Source: Oscillospiraceae bacterium (GTDB lineage: Bacteria > Bacillota > Clostridia > Oscillospirales > Oscillospiraceae). Taken from it: a stretch of DNA of 43,241 bases. The DNA lies in NCBI GenBank assembly GCA_045617565.1, contig JAZLIU010000173.1, forward strand, positions 1-43,241. The letters are read 5' to 3'. The notes under the pieces were generated by a model. It searched no databases, had not been told where the DNA came from, and saw only the letters and a list, made by a program, of their open reading frames with translations. Positions 10,291 through 19,627 of the stretch are shown one piece after another; position 1 is the first letter of the stretch; every line of letters begins with the position of its first letter. A program made the position numbers and the translations under genes.

Positions 10291-10696
10291 ACGCTGGAAG
10301 CTGCGGGAGCTGACGGAATTCGGCGATTCCCGCGGGCAGATGTGTGTGGTAGAGGGGGAGCGCGATATCCCCTTTGCCGTGCAACGCTTCTTTTATGACT
10401 TCCATACCACCGGTTCCGAAAACCGTGGCAACCATGCCAACCGCAGGTCGCAGTTTGCCTTTATCAGCCTGGCCGGTTCCTGCCGAGTGACGGTGGATGA
10501 CGGAGTAGAGCAAGAGATATTCCTGCTGGATGATCCGCACAAGCTGTTGTGGGTGGATCGAATGACATGGAAAACCATGTGGGACTTTACGAAGGACAAT
10601 GTGCTGCTTGTTCTTTCCGACTGTCACTACGACAGCGGCGAATACATCCGCGATTACGATGAATTTATCAGAATATGCAGAGGAGATACAAAATGA
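10283..10696 (+). CDS. fdtA: dTDP-4-keto-6-deoxyglucose 3,4-ketoisomerase (FdtA/QdtA cupin)
   Basis: [37 protein letters not shown]. Confidence 0.85.
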   Translation: MSKRWKLRELTEFGDSRGQMCVVEGERDIPFAVQRFFYDFHTTGSENRGNHANRRSQFAFISLAGSCRVTVDDGVEQEIFLLDDPHKLLWVDRMTWKTMWDFTKDNVLLVLSDCHYDSGEYIRDYDEFIRICRGDTK

Positions 10697-11580
10697 AAGG
10701 CATTATTCTCGCGGGCGGCGCCGGTACGCGGCTCTATCCGCTGACGATGGTCACGTCGAAGCAGCTGCTGCCCATTTACGATAAACCGATGATCTATTAT
10801 CCTCTGTCCACGCTGATGCTTGCGGGAATCCGGGACATTCTCATCATCTCCACCCCCACAGACCTGCCCAACTTTGAGCGTCTGCTCGGAGACGGCAGCC
10901 AGTTCGGTATCCGGCTGTCCTACAAAGTCCAGCCCTCGCCGGACGGTTTGGCTCAGGCCTTTTTGCTGGGCGAGGAATTTATCGGTGACGAGCCCTGCGC
11001 CATGATTCTCGGTGACAATATTTTCTATGGCCCCGGCTTCGGCGCATTGCTGAAAGAGGCTGCCGCAGATGCACAGCAGGGGAGAGCCACCGTGTTCGGG
11101 TACTATGTTCCCGACCCCGAGCGCTTCGGCGTCGTTGCGTTCGATGAGACCGGCAAAGCGACATCTCTGGAAGAAAAACCGAAAAACCCAAAGAGCAACT
11201 ACGCGGTGACAGGGCTGTATTTCTACCCCAAGGGTGTCAGCGCATGGGCAAAAGAGGTAAGGCCGTCGGCACGCGGCGAACTGGAGATCACCACACTCAA
11301 CGAAATGTACTTAAAGCAGGATATCCTAAATGTACAGCTGCTTGGCCGCGGCTATGCGTGGCTCGATACCGGTACGATGGATTCGCTGGTCGATGCCGCC
11401 GACTTTGTCCGCATTCTGGAAAAGCGGCAGGGTATCAAGATCTCCGCACCCGAGGAGATCGCCTTCCGTTTCGGCTGGATCGATAGGGAAGGCCTCTTGC
11501 AAAGTGCGGCGCTCTACGGCAAATCTCCCTACGGCGAACATCTGCGCAATGTTGCCGACGCAAAAGTCTATCCCAACTGA
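10693..11580 (+). CDS. rfbA: Glucose-1-phosphate thymidylyltransferase
   Basis: [47 protein letters not shown]. Confidence 0.96.
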   Translation: MKGIILAGGAGTRLYPLTMVTSKQLLPIYDKPMIYYPLSTLMLAGIRDILIISTPTDLPNFERLLGDGSQFGIRLSYKVQPSPDGLAQAFLLGEEFIGDEPCAMILGDNIFYGPGFGALLKEAAADAQQGRATVFGYYVPDPERFGVVAFDETGKATSLEEKPKNPKSNYAVTGLYFYPKGVSAWAKEVRPSARGELEITTLNEMYLKQDILNVQLLGRGYAWLDTGTMDSLVDAADFVRILEKRQGIKISAPEEIAFRFGWIDREGLLQSAALYGKSPYGEHLRNVADAKVYPN

Positions 11581-11595
11581 AGGGAGTATAGAAGC

Positions 11596-12615
11596 ATGAC
11601 CTATCTTGTGACCGGCGGCGCCGGCTTTATCGGCGCCAACTTTATCTACTATATGTTGCAAAAGCACCCGGAAAGCCGCATCGTCTGCGTGGACAAGCTG
11701 ACCTATGCCGGCAATCTTTCCACGCTGAAAGAGGCGCTGGAAAACCCTCGGTTTCGCTTTGTCAAGGCGGACATCTGCGACCGCGCGGCGATCGACACGC
11801 TGTTTTCCGAGGAGCATCCCGAGGTGGTGGTCAACTTTCCCGCCGAGAGCCACGTGGACCGCTCGATCGAAAACCCCGGCGTGTTTCTGGAAACGAATAT
11901 CATGGGCACCGCCGTCATGATGGATACCTGCCGCAAATACGGCGTACAGCGCTTCCATCAGGTCAGCACGGATGAGGTCTACGGCGACCTGCCGCTTGAC
12001 CGTCCCGACCTGTTCTTTACGGAGGCGACTCCCATTCACACCAGCAGCCCGTATAGCTCCTCAAAAGCGTCTGCCGATCTGCTGGCTATGGCTTATCACC
12101 GGACATACGGTCTGCCGGTGACCATCTCCCGCTGTTCCAACAACTACGGCCCCTATCAGTTTCCGGAAAAGCTCATTCCTCTGATGATCGCCAATGCGCT
12201 GAACGACAAGGCGCTGCCTGTTTACGGCGAGGGCTTGAATGTGCGGGACTGGCTGTATGTGGAGGACCACTGTAAGGCCATTGACCTGATTTTGCAGCAG
12301 GGAAGAGAGGGCGAGGTCTACAACATCGGCGGCCACAACGAGATGCGAAACATCGACATCGTGAAGCTCATCTGTAAGGCGCTGGACAAGCCGGAAAGCC
12401 TCATCACCTATGTGACCGACCGCAAGGGCCACGACCTGCGCTATGCCATCGACCCTGCTAAAATTCACAGTGAACTGGGTTGGCTGCCGGAGACCATGTT
12501 TGCCGACGGAATCCAAAAGACCATCGACTGGTATCTTTCTCACCGCGACTGGTGGGGCGAGATCATCTCCGGCGAATACCAGAACTATTATGAAAGAATG
12601 TATACGAAAAGATGA
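11596..12615 (+). CDS. rfbB: dTDP-glucose 4,6-dehydratase
   Basis: TGGAGFIG, DKLTYAGN, ESHVDRSI, STDEVYG, YSSSKA, CSNNYGPYQFPEKLIP. Confidence 0.95.
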   Translation: MTYLVTGGAGFIGANFIYYMLQKHPESRIVCVDKLTYAGNLSTLKEALENPRFRFVKADICDRAAIDTLFSEEHPEVVVNFPAESHVDRSIENPGVFLETNIMGTAVMMDTCRKYGVQRFHQVSTDEVYGDLPLDRPDLFFTEATPIHTSSPYSSSKASADLLAMAYHRTYGLPVTISRCSNNYGPYQFPEKLIPLMIANALNDKALPVYGEGLNVRDWLYVEDHCKAIDLILQQGREGEVYNIGGHNEMRNIDIVKLICKALDKPESLITYVTDRKGHDLRYAIDPAKIHSELGWLPETMFADGIQKTIDWYLSHRDWWGEIISGEYQNYYERMYTKR

Positions 12616-12805
12616 GAACCGCACTGAGGCAGTATTCGAGTTTGACAGCGTTACAAAGTACGTTTACTCCTTCCAGATTTGGATTTTCCTTTTCATTTTC
12701 ACCCATGTCTGATTGGGAAGGACTGTCTATGCATATTGTTCAAGTGAAGGATTTTCCCATCTCGATGCGAAAGGATGTACGGAAACCGGTAAAGGAGGCC
12801 TTGCT

Positions 12806-13951
12806 GTGAAATTCGTTTTTTTAGGATTTGCCACCACTTATACGCCGGGGCTGACCTATCAGGATAATCTGCTTTGCAATCAAACACTGGCAGATGGGCA
12901 TCAGGTGACGTATCTGTCCAATCCGGAGAAGTTTGTGGACGGCGTGATCGTGGACACACCACCGGAGAATACGATCCTGCCCAATGGTCTGCACCTCATC
13001 CGGCTACCTTATGTCAAATGCGGACCAACGTTTTTAACAAAAAAACTGCGGCTTTTCCGAGGTGTCTATCACATTCTGGAAAAGGAACGGCCGGACGTGA
13101 TCTTCTGCCACAATACGCAGTACATGCCGATTTTGGACACTGTCCGCTATAAAAAAAACCACCCTGAAGTCAAGCTCTATGCCGATACGCATACCGCCTA
13201 TTATAACAGCGGGACGAACTGGCTCTCGCTCCATATCCTGCACAAAATCTATTACAAGTGGCTCACGCAAAAGGCTTTGCCGTACCTCGAAAAGTATTTC
13301 TACATCGGCGAGAGTGAGCACGTCTTCTCCCGCGAGGTCTACGGTGTTTCCGAAGACCTGATGGAATACTACCCCCTCGGCGGCGTCCTGCCGACGCAGG
13401 AGGAATACGCCGCCCGCCGCGCCGCCCGCCGGAAAGAGCTGGGCTTGACGGACACCGACCGCCTCTATGTCCACTCCGGCAAGCTGGAGGATGAGAAGCG
13501 CACGGAGGAGTTGCTGCGCGCCTTTGCCGCAGTGGAAGATGACCACGCCGTTCTTGCCATCATCGGCTCCATTCCCGAGCGCATGAAGCCCGTTCTCCTC
13601 CCGCTCATTGATGCGGACAAGCGGGTGAAATACCTCGGCTGGAAGACGGGCGCGGAGCTGCAGGAATACCTGTGCGCCTGCGACCTTTACTGTCAGCCGG
13701 GCAGCGTCTCGGCCACGATGCAGAACGCCATCTGCTGCGGCTGCGCCGTGATGGCCTTTCCGCACCTGCCCTATACCAAACACCTCGACTGGGGCAATCT
13801 GCTGTGGGTAAAAACGCAGGCGGACGTGGAAGCCGTGTTCCGCGCCCTTGCCGCCGACGCTTCACAGCTTGACACGCTGAAACAAAACTCCCGCCGCTGC
13901 GCGGAGGAGCTGCTCGACTATCGCAAGCTCGCTGCAAGGCTGTACGAATGA
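12806..13951 (+). CDS. Family 4 (GT-B) glycosyltransferase
   Basis: GTG start after AAAGGAGG; YQDNLL, HSGKLEDEKR, ACDLYCQPGSVS. Confidence 0.75.
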   Translation: MKFVFLGFATTYTPGLTYQDNLLCNQTLADGHQVTYLSNPEKFVDGVIVDTPPENTILPNGLHLIRLPYVKCGPTFLTKKLRLFRGVYHILEKERPDVIFCHNTQYMPILDTVRYKKNHPEVKLYADTHTAYYNSGTNWLSLHILHKIYYKWLTQKALPYLEKYFYIGESEHVFSREVYGVSEDLMEYYPLGGVLPTQEEYAARRAARRKELGLTDTDRLYVHSGKLEDEKRTEELLRAFAAVEDDHAVLAIIGSIPERMKPVLLPLIDADKRVKYLGWKTGAELQEYLCACDLYCQPGSVSATMQNAICCGCAVMAFPHLPYTKHLDWGNLLWVKTQADVEAVFRALAADASQLDTLKQNSRRCAEELLDYRKLAARLYE

Positions 13952-13969
13952 GCCGGAAAGGAGTCCCCC

Positions 13970-14701
13970 ATGGAATTCACCTATTCCGCCTACCGTGCTC
14001 TGCTGCACTCACTGCGGCAGGGAGGGTATGCGTTCACCGACTACCACGCCTATGCGCAGCATCCGCGCTGCGTCATCCTGCGCCACGACATTGACAACAG
14101 CCTTTCACGGGCCGTGCGTTTGGCGGAGATCGAAGCGGAGGAAGGCGTGCAGAGTACATGGTTCGTCCTGCTGCGAACGGATTTTTACAATCCCGCCTCT
14201 GCCGCATCGCAAAAGGCGCTGGGCCGTATTCTGTCCCTCGGCCATGAGATCGGACTGCACTTCGATGAGCTGGGCTATGGCCGTCCTTTGACAAAAGAGG
14301 AGGTCATTCAGAACATCATTAAGGAGTGCGGACTCCTGTCCGCACTCCTGGATACCCGGGTATCCACCGTTTCCATGCACCGCCCCTCAAAAGCCACGCT
14401 GGAAGCGGACTTGGAAATCCCCGACATGGTCAACTCCTACGGGAAGACTTTTTTCCATGATTTCAAGTATCTCTCCGACAGCCGCCGCCGCTGGCGCGAG
14501 CCGGTGGAGGACATCATCCGCTCCGGAGAATATGACCGCCTGCACCTCCTCACGCACGCATTCTGGTATCACGAGCGGGAGCAGGACATCGCGCAAAGCG
14601 TCGCGGCTTTTATCAACACCGCAAATCGGGAGAGATATGCCGCGCTTGCCGATAACATAACGGATCTCGGCGCAATTATGAAAGAAAGCGAAGTGCACTG
14701 A
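13970..14701 (+). CDS. Polysaccharide deacetylase-like protein (NodB fold, WbmS-like)
   Basis: LRHDID, GHEIGLHFD, SMHRP, YLSDS, LTHAFW. Confidence 0.65.
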   Translation: MEFTYSAYRALLHSLRQGGYAFTDYHAYAQHPRCVILRHDIDNSLSRAVRLAEIEAEEGVQSTWFVLLRTDFYNPASAASQKALGRILSLGHEIGLHFDELGYGRPLTKEEVIQNIIKECGLLSALLDTRVSTVSMHRPSKATLEADLEIPDMVNSYGKTFFHDFKYLSDSRRRWREPVEDIIRSGEYDRLHLLTHAFWYHEREQDIAQSVAAFINTANRERYAALADNITDLGAIMKESEVH

Positions 14702-15439
14702 GTGAGAATTTCCATTCATCAGCCCCACTATTTTCCATGGGCGGGCTATTTTGATAAGATGGCGAAGGCGGACGTCTTTGTCCTTTTGGATGAGGTCCAG
14801 CTGGAAAAGAACTCCCTCATGCTGAAAAACCGCGTCATTGCGACCAATGGCGAAACGAAATTCCTGACGATCTCGGCAGATACGAAAAACTATCTTGCGC
14901 GGGAGTATCGTGATATTCAAATCAAGGACGCCGCGATCTGGAAAGAACGGCAGCTAAACGCCGTGGCAAACTACTACCGAAAGGCCGCCGGCTATCGGGA
15001 GCTCCTGCCTCTGTTCGGGGAATTTCTGGAGCAGGACTTTGACACCGTCTGTCAGTGGACCTGTGCCAGTATTGCATTTGTCCGGCGGGCGCTGGACATA
15101 AAAACGCCGCTGATTTATCAATCCGCCGTGGACTATGACCGCAATATGAAGCGTTCCGATCTGGTTTACGGCATCTGCAAAGCCCTCGGCGCGGACACCT
15201 ATTTCTCCGGCCGCGGCGCATCGGTGGCGTACTTGGAGCGGGAGAAGTTTGCGGAAAACGGGGTTCAGATCGTTTTCCAGGACTTTACGCATCCCGTTTA
15301 TCCGCAGATCAACACGCGGGAATTTGTTCCGGGCGTCTCTGTTCTGGATATGCTCTTTAACTGCGGCATCGAGGAAAGCCGCCGCATCTTCTGGGAAACT
15401 GTCAATTCCTCGCACGAATTTGATGAAACCGAGGTCTGA
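14702..15439 (+). CDS. wbqC: WbqC-family protein (putative glycyl/aminoacyl transferase)
   Basis: IHQPHYFPWAGYFDK, DVFVLLDEVQ, YFSGRGA, HPVYPQ, SVLDMLFN. Confidence 0.88.
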   Translation: MRISIHQPHYFPWAGYFDKMAKADVFVLLDEVQLEKNSLMLKNRVIATNGETKFLTISADTKNYLAREYRDIQIKDAAIWKERQLNAVANYYRKAAGYRELLPLFGEFLEQDFDTVCQWTCASIAFVRRALDIKTPLIYQSAVDYDRNMKRSDLVYGICKALGADTYFSGRGASVAYLEREKFAENGVQIVFQDFTHPVYPQINTREFVPGVSVLDMLFNCGIEESRRIFWETVNSSHEFDETEV

Positions 15440-15442
15440 CCC

Positions 15443-16570
15443 ATGCAATTTATCGACCTGAAAGCCCAATACGCCGCGCTGAAAACCGAGATCGACGCGA
15501 ATATCGCCGACGTACTCGCCTCGGCGCAGTTCATCGGCGGCAAATATGTGAAGGAACTGGAAGCGCAGCTCGCCGCCTTTGTCGGCCGGAAGCATTGCAT
15601 CACCTGCGCCAACGGCACGGACGCGCTGCAGCTTGCCTATATGCTGCTCGGCGTGGGGAAGGGGGATGCGGTGTTCTGCCCCGATATTACCTTCGTGTCC
15701 ACCACCGAGCCTGCCAAGATGTTCGGCGCGGCGAGCGTGTTCTGCGAGACGGACGCAAAGACCTACTGCCTTGACGCCGCCTCACTCGAGCGGCAAATCA
15801 AGGCGGTCATCGCCGAGGGTAAGCTCGCGCCCAAGTGCGTCGTCGCCGTGGACATCTACGGCAACAGCGCCGACTATGACGCGATCCTGCCCGTGTGCGA
15901 GAAATACGGCCTGCCGCTCATCGAGGACGCGGCGCAGGGCTTCGGCGCATCGTACAAGGGGAGACTGTGCGGCAGCTTCGGCGTCATCGCCACGACCTCG
16001 TTTTTCCCCGCCAAGCCACTCGGCTGCTACGGCGACGGCGGCGCAGTGTTTGTGGACGATGACGCACTCGACGCGCTGTGCCGTCAGCTCTGCGTGCACG
16101 GCAAGGGCCCGCGCGGCAAGTACGATAACGTCATCGTGGGCATGAACTCCCGTTTGGACAATTTGCAGGCCGCCGTGCTCCTGCCGAAGCTCAGGGCGCT
16201 GCGCGACTATGAGATGGACGCGCGGCAAACGGTTGCGAAGCGGTACAACGATGCCTTTGCAGGCGTTCTCACGCCGCCGTATGTGCAGGAAAACTGCCTC
16301 AGCGCCTACGCGCAGTATGTCGTGCTGGCGCGCGATACCGCGCAGCGCGACAAGCTCGTCGCCCACCTGACGGAAAAGGGCATCCCGAATATGATCTACT
16401 ACCCGTTCCCGCAGCACGTCCTGCCCGTTTTCGCGGGTGAGCCGCACTACGGGGAAGGCTACAAAAACGCGCTCGATTACTGTTCCCGCACCTTCTCGCT
16501 GCCCATGCACCCGTATCTGACGGAGGCGGAGCAGCAGACGGTCATCGACGCGGTATTGGAGGCACTGTGA
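15443..16570 (+). CDS. wbpE: DegT-family aminotransferase, WbpE/WlbC-like
   Basis: MQFIDLKAQY, NGTDAL, EDAAQGFGA, TSFFPAKPLGCYGDGG, NSRLD; wbpA/wbpB nearby. Confidence 0.82.
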   Translation: MQFIDLKAQYAALKTEIDANIADVLASAQFIGGKYVKELEAQLAAFVGRKHCITCANGTDALQLAYMLLGVGKGDAVFCPDITFVSTTEPAKMFGAASVFCETDAKTYCLDAASLERQIKAVIAEGKLAPKCVVAVDIYGNSADYDAILPVCEKYGLPLIEDAAQGFGASYKGRLCGSFGVIATTSFFPAKPLGCYGDGGAVFVDDDALDALCRQLCVHGKGPRGKYDNVIVGMNSRLDNLQAAVLLPKLRALRDYEMDARQTVAKRYNDAFAGVLTPPYVQENCLSAYAQYVVLARDTAQRDKLVAHLTEKGIPNMIYYPFPQHVLPVFAGEPHYGEGYKNALDYCSRTFSLPMHPYLTEAEQQTVIDAVLEAL

Positions 16571-17517
16571 TGCTGCTATCTGACGTAACAAACACTTTGG
16601 AAGGTACGCTGTTTTCCGACGGTGAGTTCCAAAGCATCGCGTTTGCCACGGAAAAAGGGCAAAATGGCTTCCTGACCTTTTTGGAAAGGGAAAAGTTCCT
16701 GCCCGCGCTGGAAAATCCAAACATCTCCTGTGTGCTGACGACGCGGGAGCTGGCGGAAAAAATCCCCTCACATATTCAGGGCATTTTTGCCTGCGATGCG
16801 CCGAAGGCGGCGCTGTTTGCCGTGCACAACGCGCTGGCGGAGGAGGAGCGCTACGTCGGGCCGTCCTTCCTCACGCGCATCGGGCGGAACTGTACGATCA
16901 GCCCGCTTGCCGTCATTCCCGAGCGGAATGTTATCATCGGCGATAACGTGGCCATCGAACCCTTTGTCGTCATCAAGGGCCGCGTCTCCATCGGCGACAA
17001 CACGGTGATTCGCAGCGGCGCGGTCATCGGCTGCAAGGGCTTTTCCTTCTCGAAAAACGAAACTGGCGAGAATATCAGCGTCGCGGATACGGCTCAGATC
17101 GTGATCGAAAACGATGTGGAGCTTTTCGAGCAGACCGCTGTCACGACCGGCATCTTCCCGTGGGAAAAGACCGTGATCGGGCGGGGCACCAAAGTTGATA
17201 CCAAGGGCTTCATCGCTCACGGGAGCCACATCGGGCCGCGCTGCCTGTTTGCGGCGGGCGCTATGATCTCCGGCAACTGCGTCATCGGCAGCGACGTCTG
17301 GATCGGCGTCAATGCGACCGTTTCCAACCGTATCACGATCGGTGATCATGCCCGGGTATCTCTCGGCTCCGTCGTCACAAAGGACGTTCCCGCCGGAGAG
17401 ACCGTCTCTGGTAACTTTGCCATCCCGCACCAACGGTTCATGCAAAATCTGAAAGCAAGCACCGCCAATCCTCAGGCGGAAAACAACTGCCCCCCCCCCG
17501 AGGACACTCGCGGGTAA
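16567..17517 (+). CDS. LpxD-like hexapeptide-repeat N-acyltransferase
   Basis: LpxD-like N-terminus, repeated IGxN hexapeptides, IGCKGF, IAHG, SLGSVVTKDVP. Confidence 0.78.
   Translation: MMLLSDVTNTLEGTLFSDGEFQSIAFATEKGQNGFLTFLEREKFLPALENPNISCVLTTRELAEKIPSHIQGIFACDAPKAALFAVHNALAEEERYVGPSFLTRIGRNCTISPLAVIPERNVIIGDNVAIEPFVVIKGRVSIGDNTVIRSGAVIGCKGFSFSKNETGENISVADTAQIVIENDVELFEQTAVTTGIFPWEKTVIGRGTKVDTKGFIAHGSHIGPRCLFAAGAMISGNCVIGSDVWIGVNATVSNRITIGDHARVSLGSVVTKDVPAGETVSGNFAIPHQRFMQNLKASTANPQAENNCPPPEDTRG
17490..17499 (+). repeat. C10 homopolymer tract at the 3' end of the acyltransferase gene
   Basis: AACTG-CCCCCCCCCC-GAGGAC. Confidence 0.9.
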
Positions 17518-17575
17518 TCTGCGGCGCGCGGCATAAGGGGCCTCACGATACTTTCCAAAACGGGAGGTGTGCTGC

Positions 17576-18292
17576 GTGAACAGGGAAACTGTATTTGTCC
17601 ACCCGTCGAGCTGCGTCGATGACGATGTGACCATCGGCCTGATTACATATCAATGCCCTCATTTGAAGACAGAGCAGATCATTCTTCAGCTTGTCGGGCA
17701 TTATGACTTGCGCGTTTATGCACTTCCCTTTGTTTCCCGCCCACCGCGAACCGTTCAATTTCAGCATCGCCCAGATCAAAAAATAGCAGCGCATCCACAG
17801 GAGTTATGCTTGCGATATAGAATTCCGTATATCCCAGTTTCCTGTGATACTGAAATTGACAACCTATGCGATTTCTATATGGTAACCGGGGCCGGTTTGT
17901 TGTCAGCGGAGTGTTTGTGCGGTAAGAAGGTGCTTAATGGGCATCCTGGTATCATCCCTGCTGCGCGAGGATTGGATGCTTTTAAGTGGAGCGTTTATCA
18001 TATGCGTCCGTTGGGTGTAACGCTGCACTACATTGATGAGCAAGTGGATGCGGGTGAGATTATCTCAATTATTCCTACGCCGGTTTTCCGGTCCGATAGT
18101 TTGGAAAGTCTTGCCAGAAGGCACTATGAAAATGAAATCAGGGTACTTTGTGAATTTGAAAAACACATGAAAGAGCCTCAAAATAGTTACACAGCGCTTC
18201 CCGTAGAAGAAAGCACACGACGAATGAAATCCGAACAAGAGTTAGAACTTTTTCATCGTTTTGAGGAATACAAGCAAAAATTTGGCCAGTAA
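17576..18292 (+). CDS. Formyltransferase (N10-formyl-THF dependent, PurN-like fold) with a WbpD-like N-terminal 21 aa
   Basis: GGAGG RBS 17563-67 then GTG; LNGHPGIIPAARG, GVTLHYIDEQVDAGEII. Confidence 0.82.
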   Translation: MNRETVFVHPSSCVDDDVTIGLITYQCPHLKTEQIILQLVGHYDLRVYALPFVSRPPRTVQFQHRPDQKIAAHPQELCLRYRIPYIPVSCDTEIDNLCDFYMVTGAGLLSAECLCGKKVLNGHPGIIPAARGLDAFKWSVYHMRPLGVTLHYIDEQVDAGEIISIIPTPVFRSDSLESLARRHYENEIRVLCEFEKHMKEPQNSYTALPVEESTRRMKSEQELELFHRFEEYKQKFGQ

Positions 18293-18307
18293 CAGGAGCT
18301 TATCACT

Positions 18308-19627
18308 ATGACCATCAAAACCGACCTCATCGCAAAAATCAAAAATAAGACCCTCACCATGGGTGTCTGCGGCCTCGGCTATGTGGGGCTTCCGCTTGCG
18401 GTGGACAAGGCGCAGCACGGCTTCAAGACCATCGGCTTCGATGTCCAGCAGCAGAAGGTCGATATGGTCAACCGCGGAGAAAACTACATCGGCGACGTCG
18501 TGCAGTCCGACCTCGAAGCCCTCGTCAAGTCCGGTATGCTGCGCGCCACGACCGACTTTTCCGCGGTCTGCGACGTGGACTTCATCGCCATCTGCGTCCC
18601 CACGCCGCTCGATAAGCACCAGCAGCCGGACATCAGCTATGTGCGCGACAGCGCCATCGCCATCGCAAAGCATATGACACGCAGCACGATTGTCGTTCTG
18701 GAGTCCACCACCTATCCCGGCACGACCGAGGAACTGCTCAAGCCGATTTTGGAAGAGGGCAGCGGTCTCAAGTGCGGGGAGGACTTCTACCTCGGCTTCT
18801 CGCCCGAGCGCGTAGACCCGGGCAACCTCATCTATAAAACCAGCAACACGCCCAAGACCGTCGGCGCGATCGGGCAGGACGCCACCGAGGTCATCGCCGC
18901 GGTCTACCGCGCGATCTTAGAGGGTGATGTGCACACCGTTTCCTCACCCGCTGTTGCGGAGATGGAGAAGATACTGGAGAACACCTACCGCAACGTGAAC
19001 ATCGGCCTCGTCAATGAGTTGGCGATCCTCTGCCACAAGATGGGCATCGACATCTGGGAGGTCATCGACGCCGCCAAAACGAAACCCTACGGCTTTCAGG
19101 CGTTCTATCCCGGCCCGGGCCTCGGCGGACACTGTATCCCGCTCGACCCGTACTATCTGAGCTGGAAAGCCCGTGAATACGGCTTCCACACCAGCATGAT
19201 CGAAGCGTCGATGATGGTCAATGACCGGATGCCTGAGTACACCGTCGAGCGCGCGGGGAAGATTTTGAACCGCCATAAAAAGGCGCTCAACGGCTCGCGC
19301 GTGCTCGTGCTCGGCGTGGCGTACAAGCAGGATATCGACGATTACCGCGAAAGCCCCGCCATCCGCGTCATCGAGGAGTTCAAAAAGACGGGCGCGCAGG
19401 TCGATTTTTACGACCCCTTCATCCCGCGCTACCGCGAGGCGGGAGAGTGGTACGAGGGCATTCCCGCCCTGACCGCCGACATTGTGAAGCAGTACGACCT
19501 TGTGTGCATCACCACGGCGCACACCAGGGTAGACTATGCCATGGTAACAAGCTGCGGCGTTCCCGTGTTCGACTGCAAGAACGTCTGCAAAAATATTGAA
19601 AAGCGCGAAAATATCGAGGTGCTGTAA
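18308..19627 (+). CDS. wbpA: UDP-GlcNAc 6-dehydrogenase (WbpA-like nucleotide-sugar dehydrogenase)
   Basis: GLGYVGLPLA, CVPTP, ESTTYPGTT, SPERVDPGN, GGHCIPLDP, YKQDIDDYRESP. Confidence 0.88.
   Translation: MTIKTDLIAKIKNKTLTMGVCGLGYVGLPLAVDKAQHGFKTIGFDVQQQKVDMVNRGENYIGDVVQSDLEALVKSGMLRATTDFSAVCDVDFIAICVPTPLDKHQQPDISYVRDSAIAIAKHMTRSTIVVLESTTYPGTTEELLKPILEEGSGLKCGEDFYLGFSPERVDPGNLIYKTSNTPKTVGAIGQDATEVIAAVYRAILEGDVHTVSSPAVAEMEKILENTYRNVNIGLVNELAILCHKMGIDIWEVIDAAKTKPYGFQAFYPGPGLGGHCIPLDPYYLSWKAREYGFHTSMIEASMMVNDRMPEYTVERAGKILNRHKKALNGSRVLVLGVAYKQDIDDYRESPAIRVIEEFKKTGAQVDFYDPFIPRYREAGEWYEGIPALTADIVKQYDLVCITTAHTRVDYAMVTSCGVPVFDCKNVCKNIEKRENIEVL

Noticed and set aside
10693..12615. dTDP-L-rhamnose pathway
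   Set aside because: rmlC and rmlD are not in the window; the adjacent fdtAB explain rmlAB.
13151..13158. A8 tract in the GT4 gene (also A7 in fcl, G6 at 22431 and 36125)
   Set aside because: Short, in frame and explained by Lys/Gly/Pro codons; weak evidence for phase variation.
16567..17517. lpxD as evidence of lipid A synthesis
   Set aside because: No other lpx genes; the context is a firmicute-type glycan locus, so it is treated as a sugar N-acyltransferase.
17500..17576. Possible frameshift fusion of the LpxD-like gene with the formyltransferase via the C tract
   Set aside because: The formyltransferase frame has TAA at 17534-36, so no tract length gives a fusion.
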